Origin: Waterburya sp. | GTDB taxonomy: Bacteria > Cyanobacteriota > Cyanobacteriia > Cyanobacteriales > Xenococcaceae | DNA length: 64,000 bases | Assembly (NCBI GenBank): GCA_965217895.1 | Contig: CBDCJV010000002.1 | Span: 4,480,001-4,544,000 of the forward strand | Reading direction: 5' to 3' | In this document: positions 50,446 to 62,200 of the stretch, piece by piece | Layout of the letters: each line of letters starts with the position of its first letter | How positions within the stretch are numbered: position 1 is the first letter of the stretch | Notes under the pieces: model-generated | Databases searched by the model: none | Told to the model about the DNA's origin: nothing | Seen by the model: only the letters and a program-made list of their open reading frames with translations | Program-made: the position numbers and the translations under genes

Positions 50446-50789
50446 TAGGGGCAAATGGCTGTTCGCCCTTACATCTAATCTAGTTTGCGCTTTTTTGTCG
50501 AGCGGGATTTTTGATGCCAGAAAATCCGTAGGACATCAGAATTGCTGCGGTTTGAGGATTAACTGACTCGGCAGCAGTTTTGTTTTGGTGATTAGAAAAC
50601 GATTTAAACAATCTCATTATGTTTGCCCCTTAGCTGAAATGACTTGAGGCGCGTTCCTTCAGGCTATTCCTTACTTCCGTCCTAATTTACTTGACTTAAT
50701 TTGAGGATGAACGTTTTATTTTCTGTATTTCGCAATTGATCGATAAGATTAAGTCCTATCGCTTTTTTTGCCTTAATTATGAACCAGTC

Positions 50790-50990
50790 TTAGAAGTCTA
50801 CACCATAGGCAGAACTTAAATATCTGCTCATGTTAATGAATTTTTCTGTAGTCCAAACATCTGCTTTTTTGCTGAATTTAGCGGAATTTAGCCCTGGATT
50901 ATAGGCTTTGCCTAAGTTATTACTAAAGTCGATAAATTTTTTGCTGTTCCAAGCTTGATTGTTAGATGTTGCGTTGCGGTCGATACTCAT
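50790..50990 (-). CDS. Small hypothetical protein with an internal repeat
   Basis: AGGAG RBS; two WxxxKFIxxS units. Confidence 0.65.
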   Translation of the reverse strand: MSIDRNATSNNQAWNSKKFIDFSNNLGKAYNPGLNSAKFSKKADVWTTEKFINMSRYLSSAYGVDF

Positions 50991-51383
50991 AACTGATCTC
51001 CTTTTTGTTTTCTGTAGCTAAATATACCTTTTGTATATATTTAGATAATAGCTTGAGCTAGATCTAAAAGCCAAGGTGGTAACATCCGTACAAGATATTG
51101 TTAAGTGTTTAAAGGTTACTCAGTATGGTTTGTCGGCATTTGTTAAATACTTGTTTTTTGAATATTGAATATTGAATATTGTATATAGCTACTCCGAATA
51201 AAAGCGCGATCGGTAATTATCTAAGAATATTAAATAATAAATGTCTTATCCCAGAGATTTAATCGGTATTAATATTAATGTTGTTTTTATTACTAACAAG
51301 GTAGTTAAATACACTGAAATAATCTTTTCAGGTTCATTAACCTGTAGTTAACTAAATATTAACTACGGTTCAAATTTATTCAG

Positions 51384-52808
51384 ATGATTTTGCCAAATTC
51401 GATTGATTTACTAGCATTCACCGATATATTTCGATTGTCAAATTCTCATCTGTTGCTAACAACTGAAATCGCCCAAGCCGATCCTTCAATTGTCTTGGCG
51501 GGGGTGTTACTTAGTGCCGTTACTATCTATTTTGCTGCCAAACTGGGTGGGGAAATTTGCGCTGCTTTTGATTTTCCCTCCGTTTTGGGAGAACTAATCG
51601 CTGGTGTCATTGTCGGTGTTTCTGTTTTGCATTTTTTGGTCTTTCCCGAAGGAGGAATTGAAGCGGGTGACTCCCTAATTATGCAGTTTTTGCAGATGAC
51701 CTCGGACTTAAATCCAGAAAATGCGGCTGTAACTTTTCATCTCCAGTCTGAAGTGATTTCTTTGCTAGCTGAGATCGGAGTCATTGTGCTGTTGTTTGAA
51801 ATTGGTTTAGAATCCAACCTCAAAGAGTTGATGGAGGTAGGTACTCAGGCTCTTACCGTAGCTATTATTGGCGTAATTGCTCCTTTTGCTGCTGGTACTG
51901 CGGGATTGATGATTATTTTTAGCATTCCTGCTATTCCTGCAATTTTTGCGGGTGCTGCTCTTACAGCCACTAGTATCGGCATTACTTCTAGAGTACTCTC
52001 GGAAATGGGACAGCTAACTTCTAAAGAAGGGCAAATAATTTTAGGTGCTGCGGTAATTGATGATGTCTTGGGAGTAATTGTTTTAGCCGTGGCAGCAAGT
52101 TTAGCCAAAACAGGAGAGGTTGATGTTGGTAACGTTATTTATTTGATTATTAGTGCCACTGGATTTTTAGTGGGGGCGATTTTATTGGGTAATGTCTTTA
52201 ATAGAAGCTTTGTCAAAATAGTTGAGCTATTAAAAACTCGTGGAGGTTTAATAGTTCCTGCTTTTACCTTTGCTTTTGTGATGGCATACTTGGCAACTGC
52301 AATTCACTTAGAAGCGATTTTGGGAGCATTTGCTGCGGGACTAGTTTTGGATGAAACCGATAGGAGAAGAGAGCTACAGCGTCTAGTTGAGCCTGTATCG
52401 GATATGCTCGTGCCAATCTTTTTTATTGCGGTGGGTGCCAAAACTAACTTAGGCGTGTTGAATCCAATCAACCCTGAGAATAGGGAAGGCTTAATTATCG
52501 CTGCTTTTCTAATTACTGTCGCTATTATTGGTAAGGTTTTGGCAGGATTTACTGTATTTGGTCAGCCAGATTTGGACAAGTTGGCGATTGGTGTTGGTAT
52601 GATTCCCAGAGGAGAGGTGGGTTTGGTGTTTGTGGCGGTTGGTTCATCGAGCGGTGTTTTGACTCCATCACTAGAAGCGGGAATTGTCGTTATGGTAATT
52701 GCCACTACTTTTATTGCACCTGCTTTGCTGCGGCTTGTCTTTAAGTCGGAAGAGAAGATAGTAGAAGCCTCGTCAGAAATGTCTTCTGTTCCTGAGACCA
52801 CTTTGTAA
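51384..52808 (+). CDS. CPA2 Na+/H+ antiporter (NhaS3-like)
   Basis: LFEIGLES, ATSIGIT, AAVIDDVLG, GMIPRGEVGL. Confidence 0.92.
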   Translation: MILPNSIDLLAFTDIFRLSNSHLLLTTEIAQADPSIVLAGVLLSAVTIYFAAKLGGEICAAFDFPSVLGELIAGVIVGVSVLHFLVFPEGGIEAGDSLIMQFLQMTSDLNPENAAVTFHLQSEVISLLAEIGVIVLLFEIGLESNLKELMEVGTQALTVAIIGVIAPFAAGTAGLMIIFSIPAIPAIFAGAALTATSIGITSRVLSEMGQLTSKEGQIILGAAVIDDVLGVIVLAVAASLAKTGEVDVGNVIYLIISATGFLVGAILLGNVFNRSFVKIVELLKTRGGLIVPAFTFAFVMAYLATAIHLEAILGAFAAGLVLDETDRRRELQRLVEPVSDMLVPIFFIAVGAKTNLGVLNPINPENREGLIIAAFLITVAIIGKVLAGFTVFGQPDLDKLAIGVGMIPRGEVGLVFVAVGSSSGVLTPSLEAGIVVMVIATTFIAPALLRLVFKSEEKIVEASSEMSSVPETTL

Positions 52809-52840
52809 TTAGTATAATTTTACATTTCCTCCCCAACGAC

Positions 52841-52874
52841 AAAGCGATAGGCATAAAGTTCTATCGCTTTTTTT
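52841..52874 (+). terminator. Intrinsic terminator
   Basis: AAAGCGATAG...CTATCGCTTT followed by a T-run. Confidence 0.8.
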
Positions 52875-53207
52875 ATTAATATTCATCTGTATAGTTTTGA
52901 TGTTTTAAGTTCTTAGAAAAGCTAGTAATCAAATAATTACAATATAGTTTAACAGCACATTTTAATTAACAGCAAATTAAGAAAAGAATAATTTTTTTTA
53001 ACATTACTTTTTATAAAATATATCTATCTGAAGATAGAATATGTTTTTCGTGTTTTACAATTATATTTAAACGCAAAGACAGATAATAATTTTTAGATTT
53101 GGAAATCATTATTATTGTATAATTATAGGTTTTTAATTTTGATAAAAATTGATAATTGCCTAGGAAAAACTATTAAAAATCTAAATTAGAAACCCTTTTA
53201 CAAAATT

Positions 53208-54158
53208 ATGACTTCTACTACTGTTAACTCAAAAACAAATAATAAAAAACGTTCTTCTACAGAAAAACGTATTGATCGCGGTTTTATTTGGCTAACGGCT
53301 ATCTTAGCGTTTGCGATCGCCGGAGTTTTAGTTTGGATCGCAATTCAGGTAGGGCTTGAAGCTGTTCCTGCCATCAAAGAATATGGCTTACCTTTCTTAA
53401 CGGGCAGTTCCTGGAATCCTCCCGAAAAACAATATGCGATTTTGCCGATGATTTATGGCACGGTAGTTAGTTCTCTTATTGCTTTACTGATTGCTTTTCC
53501 TATTGGAGTGGCCTGTGCGATTGTTTTGAGTGAAAACTTTATTCCTAAGTCCGCGCGTCTGATTTTAGTATTCTTAGTTGAGCTACTAGCAGCGATTCCC
53601 AGCGTAGTCTATGGATTATGGGGAATATATGTATTAATTCCCTTTCTTAAGCCGATTGGCTCTTGGTTACATAATAATTTAGGCTGGATTCCCTTATTTT
53701 CAACCAACTATGTTGGTCCTGGGATGTTTCCTGCGGGGATAATTTTGTCCATTATGATTTTACCCTTAATTACGGCGATCGCTCGTGATTCTCTAGCTTC
53801 CTTGCCCGACAATCTCCGTTCGGGTTCTTATGCAGTAGGTTCAACCCGCTGGCAAACTATTTTTAGCATCCTAATTCCTGCTGCTTTTTCGGGAATTATC
53901 GGTGGTACGATGCTGGCTTTAGGTAGGGCTTTGGGGGAAACGATGGCAGCAACTTTAGTCATTGGTAATAGTAACGCTCTTAATTTCTCTATACTTGCTC
54001 CTGCCAATACTATTGCATCCTTGATGGCAAATCAGTTTTCTGAAGCCAGTGGTTTACAAAGACAATCTTTGATGTATGCAGGATTGGTCTTATTCGCCAT
54101 TACCTTAGTGGTCAATATTTTGGCAGAGTTGATTATTCAGAAAGTGAAAAAGTATTGA
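53208..54158 (+). CDS. pstC: Phosphate ABC permease PstC
   Basis: ELLAAIPSVVYGLWG, GRALGETMA. Confidence 0.96.
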   Translation: MTSTTVNSKTNNKKRSSTEKRIDRGFIWLTAILAFAIAGVLVWIAIQVGLEAVPAIKEYGLPFLTGSSWNPPEKQYAILPMIYGTVVSSLIALLIAFPIGVACAIVLSENFIPKSARLILVFLVELLAAIPSVVYGLWGIYVLIPFLKPIGSWLHNNLGWIPLFSTNYVGPGMFPAGIILSIMILPLITAIARDSLASLPDNLRSGSYAVGSTRWQTIFSILIPAAFSGIIGGTMLALGRALGETMAATLVIGNSNALNFSILAPANTIASLMANQFSEASGLQRQSLMYAGLVLFAITLVVNILAELIIQKVKKY

Positions 54159-54250
54159 ATAAAGCTATTAGCTTTTAGCTCTTAGCTCTAAAATTACTCC
54201 CTGTAAGAACGAACTAGGTCACATCAATACTTACTACCTACTACCTAATC

Positions 54251-55135
54251 ATGTCATCTTCATCACATAACCAAAAAAACAGCCTATATGCTTTAGAAGT
54301 CTCTAGTAGTCGTCCCCGCACTATTATTGACAAATTGCTAACTATTCTGGCTTTTTCCTTGCTAGGTATAGCTTTGTTACCTTTAGTATTAGTAATTGCC
54401 TATGTAATCATCAAAGGCGCAAGTCGTTTTAACTTAAACTTGTTTACCCAGTTGCCTCCTGCTGCTTTTCAAGAAGGTGGTGGTGTGGCTAATGCAATTG
54501 TCGGTACGCTCATCTTAGTTGGTATTGCTGCTGCTATTAGTATTCCGATTGGGGTGTTAGCAGCAGTTTATCTATCGGAGTTTGCACCTAAAAGAGTTGC
54601 TCGTTGGATTCGTTTTGCTACTAATGTTTTAAGTGGCGTACCTTCAATTGTCGTAGGCATCTTTGCCTATGGCGCGATTGTCCTTAGAACCGGCACTTTT
54701 TCGGCATTTGCAGGTGGTTTTGCCCTGGCAATATTAATGCTGCCGATAATTGTGCGTACCACTGACGAGGCTTTGCAGATAGTTCCTCAAGAAGTTCGCT
54801 GGGCATCGGTTGGTGTTGGTGCTTCTAATTTTCATACGGTACTTAAAATAGTTTTACCCGCAGCCTTACCTGCCATTGTAACAGGAACAACACTGGCGAT
54901 CGCTCGTGCAGCAGGAGAAACTGCACCTTTAATCTTCACTGCCTTATTTACCCAGTTTTGGCCTAATGGTTTATTTGAACCGATTCCCTCTCTTTCGGTT
55001 TTAATTTATAACTTCGCTACTGTTCCCTACCAAAGCCAGAAAGAGCTTGCTTGGGCAGCATCATTGATTTTGGTATTGATGATTCTAATTGCCAGTATTC
55101 TTTCCCGTTGGGCAACCCGCAAGAGTGTTTATTAA
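54251..55135 (+). CDS. pstA: Phosphate ABC permease PstA
   Basis: LSGVPSIVVG, ARAAGETAP. Confidence 0.96.
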   Translation: MSSSSHNQKNSLYALEVSSSRPRTIIDKLLTILAFSLLGIALLPLVLVIAYVIIKGASRFNLNLFTQLPPAAFQEGGGVANAIVGTLILVGIAAAISIPIGVLAAVYLSEFAPKRVARWIRFATNVLSGVPSIVVGIFAYGAIVLRTGTFSAFAGGFALAILMLPIIVRTTDEALQIVPQEVRWASVGVGASNFHTVLKIVLPAALPAIVTGTTLAIARAAGETAPLIFTALFTQFWPNGLFEPIPSLSVLIYNFATVPYQSQKELAWAASLILVLMILIASILSRWATRKSVY

Positions 55136-55162
55136 ACAACTAACAACTAACTAATCAATATC

Positions 55163-55978
55163 ATGCCTATTCAAGAAGAAAAACAATCTCAATCTCAGCA
55201 AACAGAAACGATTTTAAAAGCCGAGGATATCACTGTTTCCTATGATGACTTTGCTGCGTTGCGAGGAGTCTATATGGAAGTTCCTAAAAATCAGGTTACG
55301 GCTTTGATTGGTCCTTCAGGCTGTGGGAAAAGTACCCTTATACGCTGTTTCAATCGTCTCAATGATTTAATTGATGGTTGCAAAGTAAAAGGTAAAGTAA
55401 TCTACCGCGATAAAAATCTTTATGGCGATAACATCGATCCTGTAGAAGTGCGCCGAAGGATTGGTATGGTGTTTCAAAAGCCCAATCCATTTCCTAAATC
55501 GATCTATGAAAATATTGCTTACGGTGCGCGGATCAATGGTCATGAAGGTGATATGGACGATTTAGTAGAAAAGTCTTTGAGACAGGCAGCTATTTGGGAT
55601 GAAGTTAAAGATAAGCTCAAGCAAAGCGGTTTATCTTTATCTGGGGGACAGCAGCAGCGTTTATGTATTGCCCGCGCGGTTGCTCTTAAGCCCGATGTGG
55701 TACTAATGGATGAGCCTTGTTCTTCTCTCGATCCCGTATCTACTAGCAAGGTAGAAGATTTGATTCACGATCTAAAAGAAGAATATACGATTATTATTGT
55801 GACTCATAATATGCAGCAAGCTACTAGAGTTGCAGACATGACTGCATTTTTTAATGCTGAAGCAGGAGATTCGGGAAATCGCTTTGGTTATTTAGTGGAA
55901 TACGACAAAACAGAAAATATTTTTGATAATCCTCAAGAAGAATCAACTCAGAAGTATGTTAGTGGGCATTTTGGTTAA
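55163..55978 (+). CDS. pstB: Phosphate ABC ATPase PstB
   Basis: [31 protein letters not shown]. Confidence 0.97.
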   Translation: MPIQEEKQSQSQQTETILKAEDITVSYDDFAALRGVYMEVPKNQVTALIGPSGCGKSTLIRCFNRLNDLIDGCKVKGKVIYRDKNLYGDNIDPVEVRRRIGMVFQKPNPFPKSIYENIAYGARINGHEGDMDDLVEKSLRQAAIWDEVKDKLKQSGLSLSGGQQQRLCIARAVALKPDVVLMDEPCSSLDPVSTSKVEDLIHDLKEEYTIIIVTHNMQQATRVADMTAFFNAEAGDSGNRFGYLVEYDKTENIFDNPQEESTQKYVSGHFG

Positions 55979-56413
55979 TTTAGTAATTAATAATTATCAG
56001 CAGTTTAAGTTACAGATAATACTGAATTTAAAATTTCAAGTTGCTTAAATAAACCTAAGCTTAACTGTTGATTAACCTTCGGGTTTTAAGATTAGAATCA
56101 AAGGTAATTCTTGATAGCGATCGCCTGTATTTATGCGATTGATTGCGGTCGTGTAATCATATTTTAAAGTTGCTAAAAGTCTTGTCTTGTTTGAGTTTAG
56201 TCAAAGGCAAGACATACATTTGTTCTAGTTGTGCTAGATAAGTTTTAATTAATTTATGACTTTTGATAGAGACATTATAAGCAATAAAAGGCTAAAAAAA
56301 TTTGTATTTTGTTGAAAGCAAGGCAGTAAAATTCTGATTATTATTATTTTACTTTTTCATCAATAAATTATTGTTTATATTGAATGTATAACGTCCTTTA
56401 GTAGAGATAAAAA

Positions 56414-58825
56414 ATGGTTTCAACTCCAACTAATGCTCAACAAATTGAACAAGCGACTTTAACCTCTGAAGAACTAAGAAAAATAGATGCCTACTGGCGC
56501 GCCTGCAACTATCTGGCACTCGGCATGATTTATTTGCAAGATAATCCTTTACTTAAAGAGCCTCTTAAATCAGAACACATCAAGCAACGTTTGCTAGGAC
56601 ATTGGGGTGCATCTCCCGCTCTCAGCTTTACCTATATTCATCTTAATCGTCTGATTAAAAAATATGACCTCAACAGTATTTTTATTGCAGGACCTGGACA
56701 TGGTGCGCCTGGGGTGTTGGGTCCTGTATATTTAGAGAGGAGATATTCCGAAGTATATCCTGACAAAAGCCAAGATATACAAGGGATGCAAAAGTTTTTC
56801 AGACAGTTTTCTTTTCCTGGCTATATTGGCAGTCATTGCACCCCAGAAACTCCTGGGTCAATCCATGAAGGCGGTGAATTGGGCTACAGTATCTCCCATG
56901 CCTACGGTGCAGTTTATGATAATCCCGATCTAATCGCTGCTTGCGTTGTGGGTGATGGAGAAGCGGAAACGGGACCTTTAGCAACGGCATGGCATTCCAA
57001 CAAATTTCTCAATCCGATACGTGATGGTGCGGTACTGCCGATTTTAAACTTAAACGGCTATAAAATTGCCAATCCAACAATTTTGGCTCGTATTAGCTCT
57101 GAAGAACTGGAATATCTCTTTCGGGGTTATGGCTATACTCCCTATGTGGTCGAAGGTTCAGATCCTAAGACAATGCACCAAAAGATGGCAGCGACGATGG
57201 AGGAGTGTATTAGCAAAATTCGCGAGATTCAATCAGAAGCCCGCAGTCAAAATAAGGCTTTTCGTCCTCGTTGGCCGATGATCGTTCTCCGAACTCCTAA
57301 AGGTTGGACAGCACCAGATAGAGTTGACGGCAAGAAGGTAGAGGGCTTTTGGCGGGCGCACCAAGTGCCTCTAGAGGGAATGCACGAAAATCCCGAACAT
57401 CTGCAATTGTTAGAACAGTGGATGAAAAGCTATAGACCAGAAGAGTTATTTGATGAGCAAGGAACTTTGATTCCTGAACTACAAGAGTTAGCACCAAAAG
57501 GCGATCGCCGTATGAGTGCCAATCCGATAGCCAACGGCGGTTTGGTACGTAAAGATCTATTAATGCCCGACTTTACAGAGTTTGGGGTAACGATAGACCA
57601 GCCAGGAAGAGTTAAGGCAGAAAATACTAGGGTGTTGGGTAAGTTTTTACGGGAAGTAATGCGTCACAACATGACTAACTTCCGTGTCTTTGGTCCCGAT
57701 GAAACTGCTTCTAATCGTTTGGCAGATATCTATGATGTTACTAAAAAAACCTGGCTAGCCGATTACCTACCTGAAGACGAAGACGGCAGTATGTTATCTC
57801 CTGAAGGTAGAGTGATGGAGATGTTGAGCGAACATACCTTAGAAGGTTGGTTAGAAGGATATTTGTTGACTGGTAGACATGGTTTCTTCGCTAGCTACGA
57901 GGCTTTTATTCATATAATTAGCTCAATGTTTAACCAGCACGCAAAATGGTTGGATATCTGCAAAAAAGAAGTTTCCTGGCGTGCGCCTGTTTCCTCTCTG
58001 AATATCCTGCTTTCTTCGGTAGTTTGGCGACAGGATCATAACGGTTTTTCCCACCAAGATCCAGGCTTTATTGATGTAGTGACTAATAAAAGTGCCGATG
58101 TTACCCGCATCTATTTTCCACCCGACGCTAACTGCCTATTATCCGTTGCCGACCATTGTTTAAAAAGTAAGGGTTACGTCAACGTAATTATTGCCGATAA
58201 ACAGAATCATCTACAGTATTTAACCATGGATGAAGCAGTTAAGCACTGTACCAAAGGCATTGGGATCTGGAATTGGGCAAGTAACGATGACTGTGGCACA
58301 CAGGCAGATGAACCTGATGTAATTATGGCTTGCTGTGGTGATATTCCAACAATGGAGTCATTGGCAGCCACCGCAATCTTACGTCGAGAATTTCCCGAAC
58401 TGAAGGTCAGGTTTATTAACGTAGTCGATCTCTATAAATTACAATCAGAAGCCCAACATCCTCATGGTTTGTCAAATAAAGAGTTTGATATTCTATTTAC
58501 TGCTGAAAAGCCAGTAATTTTCAACTTTCACGGTTATCCTTGGTTGATTCACAAATTGGCTTACCGTCGTACTAATCAAGATCGCATCCACGTTCGAGGT
58601 TATAAAGAACAGGGCAATATTAATACTCCACTCCAGCTTGCCATTATCAATCAAATCGATCGCTTTGATTTAGTTATCGATGTAATAGACCGCGTTCCTA
58701 GTTTGGGTTCTCGTGCTGCCCACGTCCGCGAAAGAATGAAGGACGAAATTATCGACAACCTAGCTTATGCAAAGGAACATGGCATGGATAAGCCAGAAAT
58801 TTCTAACTGGAAGTGGGGAGATTGA
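56414..58825 (+). CDS. xfp: Phosphoketolase (XFP family)
   Basis: [37 protein letters not shown]. Confidence 0.96.
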   Translation: MVSTPTNAQQIEQATLTSEELRKIDAYWRACNYLALGMIYLQDNPLLKEPLKSEHIKQRLLGHWGASPALSFTYIHLNRLIKKYDLNSIFIAGPGHGAPGVLGPVYLERRYSEVYPDKSQDIQGMQKFFRQFSFPGYIGSHCTPETPGSIHEGGELGYSISHAYGAVYDNPDLIAACVVGDGEAETGPLATAWHSNKFLNPIRDGAVLPILNLNGYKIANPTILARISSEELEYLFRGYGYTPYVVEGSDPKTMHQKMAATMEECISKIREIQSEARSQNKAFRPRWPMIVLRTPKGWTAPDRVDGKKVEGFWRAHQVPLEGMHENPEHLQLLEQWMKSYRPEELFDEQGTLIPELQELAPKGDRRMSANPIANGGLVRKDLLMPDFTEFGVTIDQPGRVKAENTRVLGKFLREVMRHNMTNFRVFGPDETASNRLADIYDVTKKTWLADYLPEDEDGSMLSPEGRVMEMLSEHTLEGWLEGYLLTGRHGFFASYEAFIHIISSMFNQHAKWLDICKKEVSWRAPVSSLNILLSSVVWRQDHNGFSHQDPGFIDVVTNKSADVTRIYFPPDANCLLSVADHCLKSKGYVNVIIADKQNHLQYLTMDEAVKHCTKGIGIWNWASNDDCGTQADEPDVIMACCGDIPTMESLAATAILRREFPELKVRFINVVDLYKLQSEAQHPHGLSNKEFDILFTAEKPVIFNFHGYPWLIHKLAYRRTNQDRIHVRGYKEQGNINTPLQLAIINQIDRFDLVIDVIDRVPSLGSRAAHVRERMKDEIIDNLAYAKEHGMDKPEISNWKWGD

Positions 58826-58928
58826 TGAACATTGAGCATTAAACATTGACCACTGGTGACAAGTTAAGAATGTGTGTTGACTAGAACTATTTTTTCTTAA
58901 CTTGTCACGACTAAAGATTGACTGATAA

Positions 58929-59210
58929 ATGGTAAATGAAATGACGTTATCTCAGGACAGATTGGAGCAACATATTGTGATTGAAGATGACCGTGCTGGT
59001 TTAGATCCTGCTACGATTAAAAGAGCGATCGCCGATAATTTGTTCTATCTTCAGGGTAAGTCGGCTAAAACCGCATCTTTGAATGATTATTATTTGGCTT
59101 TGGCTTATACAATTCGCGATCGCCTGATGCCAGGTTGGTTAGCGACAGCGCAAACTTATTTAGCTTCAAACATCAAGACAGTTTGTTATTTTTCTGCCGA
59201 GTACCGATGA
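58929..59210 (+). pseudogene. glgP: Glycogen phosphorylase N-terminal fragment
   Basis: DYYLALAYTIRDRL...KTVCYFSAEY, then similarity ends abruptly. Confidence 0.85.
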
Positions 59211-62200
59211 TGGTTATGCAGTAAGTGATGCTTCTATCGTCGAGATTAACGTCAGCGATGCACCGTTAACTAGCCTTGATTTTGTCGAGCGTAATCCGAA
59301 GTTAGAGGTAGGCGATCGGGTTGAATTGCAGGTGATTGCTGACTTTGCCGACCAAAAAGATGTAATTGTTCCTGGGGATTATCTCAACTGGAGTTCTGAG
59401 TCTGAAGCTGTGGCAACGGTCAGCGATCGCGGAGTAGTCACTGGTGTTAGTAACGGCACTACGATCTTTAGCATCGAACGTAACGGCTTGAGTGCTGTAA
59501 CCGCTTCTAGAGTCGGTCAAGCAGGATTTCCTGGCACCGAAGCTGAATTAAATACGGCGATCGCTGAATACTATGGCTTGGATGTTTATCCCGATGCTAG
59601 TACTTTGACTATTGGCACAGAGAGACAAATATTGGTCGGCTATGCCTATGTAGGAGATTATCGTAGTGGAAGTATTTATATAGTCGATATTGATTCAACA
59701 TCGGATACCTATCATCAGGTAGTTGAAATAATTAATATTGCCGATGCAGCCAACGGATTCCATTCACTAGCAGTTAGCAGCAATGGTAAGAAGTTATTTG
59801 CTAGCGTGCCTAGTGGTAATTCAAAAGCAGATAAAGGCAAAGTTTATGTCTTCAATATTGATTCTGAAGACAAGCCCAAAGAATTAGAGAATGAACCAGG
59901 ACAATTTGAACCCAATACCCAGAAATGGCATGATGTTATTGGCGTGCTAGAAGTAGCCAAAGGAGTTGAGGGAATATCCGCCACACCAGATCCTAACGTG
60001 ATGGTGTTTACTAATCGCTTTGAGGATTTTCAAGGTTTTGGTCGGATTAAAATTACTGGTGACGAGCCGACTCAATTTGCTGCCAGTGTTAGCTATACAG
60101 CTCTAGGATTGGGAAGTACAGGGGATTACTTTGATGTTAACGAAGGATTCGATACTGTTGTTACTAGTGATGGTAAATATGCCTTCGTTGCAGGTAGAAA
60201 TGCTCGTAATTTTGGTAGTGGTGCGCCTAGTATTGATGGACCAAAAACGGAAAATGCCAAGCTGGTTGCTGCCACCAGACCGATTCCCAATGCTTGGACC
60301 AGCAGTATTACTATTTCTAGCGACGATAAGTATCTATTTGCATCCTATCCAGGGGTAGGTGGGGTTTATGCTTGGGACGTAGAGGAGATGATCTCGACTA
60401 TTGACGATCCTAGTTCTTATCAAATCGATCATCGGGGACGAGGAGTAGCTTCTCCAGTTTTTCTTCCTTCTACACAAAAAAGTGCCACTAAAGCCGATTT
60501 CAGTAGTGTCCCGATTGATAATATTAACCCTGATATTACCATCGCTTCAGATCTACAGTTGACTAAAGACAATTTGCGGTTTGATGGTTTTGAATATGTC
60601 AATGATGTGGAGTTTGGTGTACCTGAAGATTCAACTCGCGCACCATTAACCATAGGTGGTAATCCTTGGTCGGTGGCAAATGTAAATCATCGCGATTGGT
60701 TAGAACTAGAAAATGAACAATGGAAAGAAATAGAATATAGTGCGACATCTGATGATGATGGTAATGTAACGATTAAACCAACATGGGTTGATTCATCTTC
60801 TGCTAATATCCCAGTTCCTCCAACTTCTCTCGATGAAACAGTTTCAACCTCAAAACTACAAACTTTACCAGAACTCGAACCAATATTCGTACCAGCGGGC
60901 GAACCAGCACCACCCATCAAAATACCCAGGATAAAACCAGGTACAGGTTTAGTAATTGGAATTGGGCTTGCCGTACTTACTTGGTTGATTACAACCAGTG
61001 ATGTAGTCGAGGTTGAATTGAACATCAGTACTTCGCCTTCTGGAGAGGGTCTATTTAGTGAAGAAGATGATTTTGTTCAACGACCACCTGCTGCGGGGAT
61101 TAAAGAGGACGATTTAAAAACTACTAAAAATGGAATTGATGACTATAATCCCAATCGAATTTATAGTGCAAAATGGATATCCGCTGGTCCTGGCAACGAT
61201 TTAGGAAGATGGCTAGTAAATGGAAAACTTATTGAAGCTTTATTACCTCCTACTGTTTTCCCGTTTGCACATTTACTAAATCTGACTGCTGGACAAAAGT
61301 ACTTCTATGGTGTGCGAGCGAAAAGTCAAACCAAGGGTTGGGAAACTGAAAATGGTGGGGAATTCACCTTACCGTTAGCTGATGTTAAAGGTCGTAATGA
61401 TATTGGTGGCATACCACTTCCAGGGGGAGCAACAGCCTATAGTAGCGTCACCTTTATTACTCCCGAAGCAAGTGCTTTGGATCCTCAAGGTTTAGTAAAA
61501 GCCAATGCAATCGCTCAAAAGATAGTTACGGATATTGAAGGCGACGCTGACGGAGAAAACACTGTTAATGGAACGGTTTTAAAATACGATCCCGATACTG
61601 GAAAATGGGATAAAGTTTCAGGCGATCGCGGATTGGGTAAACCGCTAGTTTTGATAGCTGATTGGTCTCAAGATTCTGTTGCCGAAAATTATAATTCTGG
61701 TTTTGCTGAGGGTGCAGCCGATAGTTTATTTGCCTCACTAGTAGAAGAAAATAGTGTCTTTAAGGGGGTAAATGAAGATGCGTTATTTGATTCTCCATTC
61801 CACTTTATCGGTATGGGCAGAGGTACGGTAGTAAATAGCGAAATTATCCAAAGGTTGGGAACTTTCTATCCTAAGCCTGTCGAGCCAGATAATTTTGAAG
61901 ATCCTAATTACAAGAACCGAAATAAGTTTCCCGATCTGCAAATGACCACCATCGATCCTAACGATTTCAAGCAGTCAAATATTGCAGGATTGTCATTAAA
62001 TAATTTCTACGACCCAGCAATTCAGGTTTGGGATAATGTTACTTACGCAGATAATTACTATCAAACTGCTAGCTCTAGTAATCCTAGAGGCAGACATATT
62101 AGTAATACAATTCCCGAATATTTTCTACCACCTGACAGCACTAACTATATCAACGAACCAGATTTGTCAGTTCATTTAGGTGGTTATGAAGAAAACAGCA

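Noticed and set aside
51161..51181. AATATTG x3 and other heptamer runs (~5513, ~12105, ~55135)
   Set aside because: Ordinary cyanobacterial short tandem repeats
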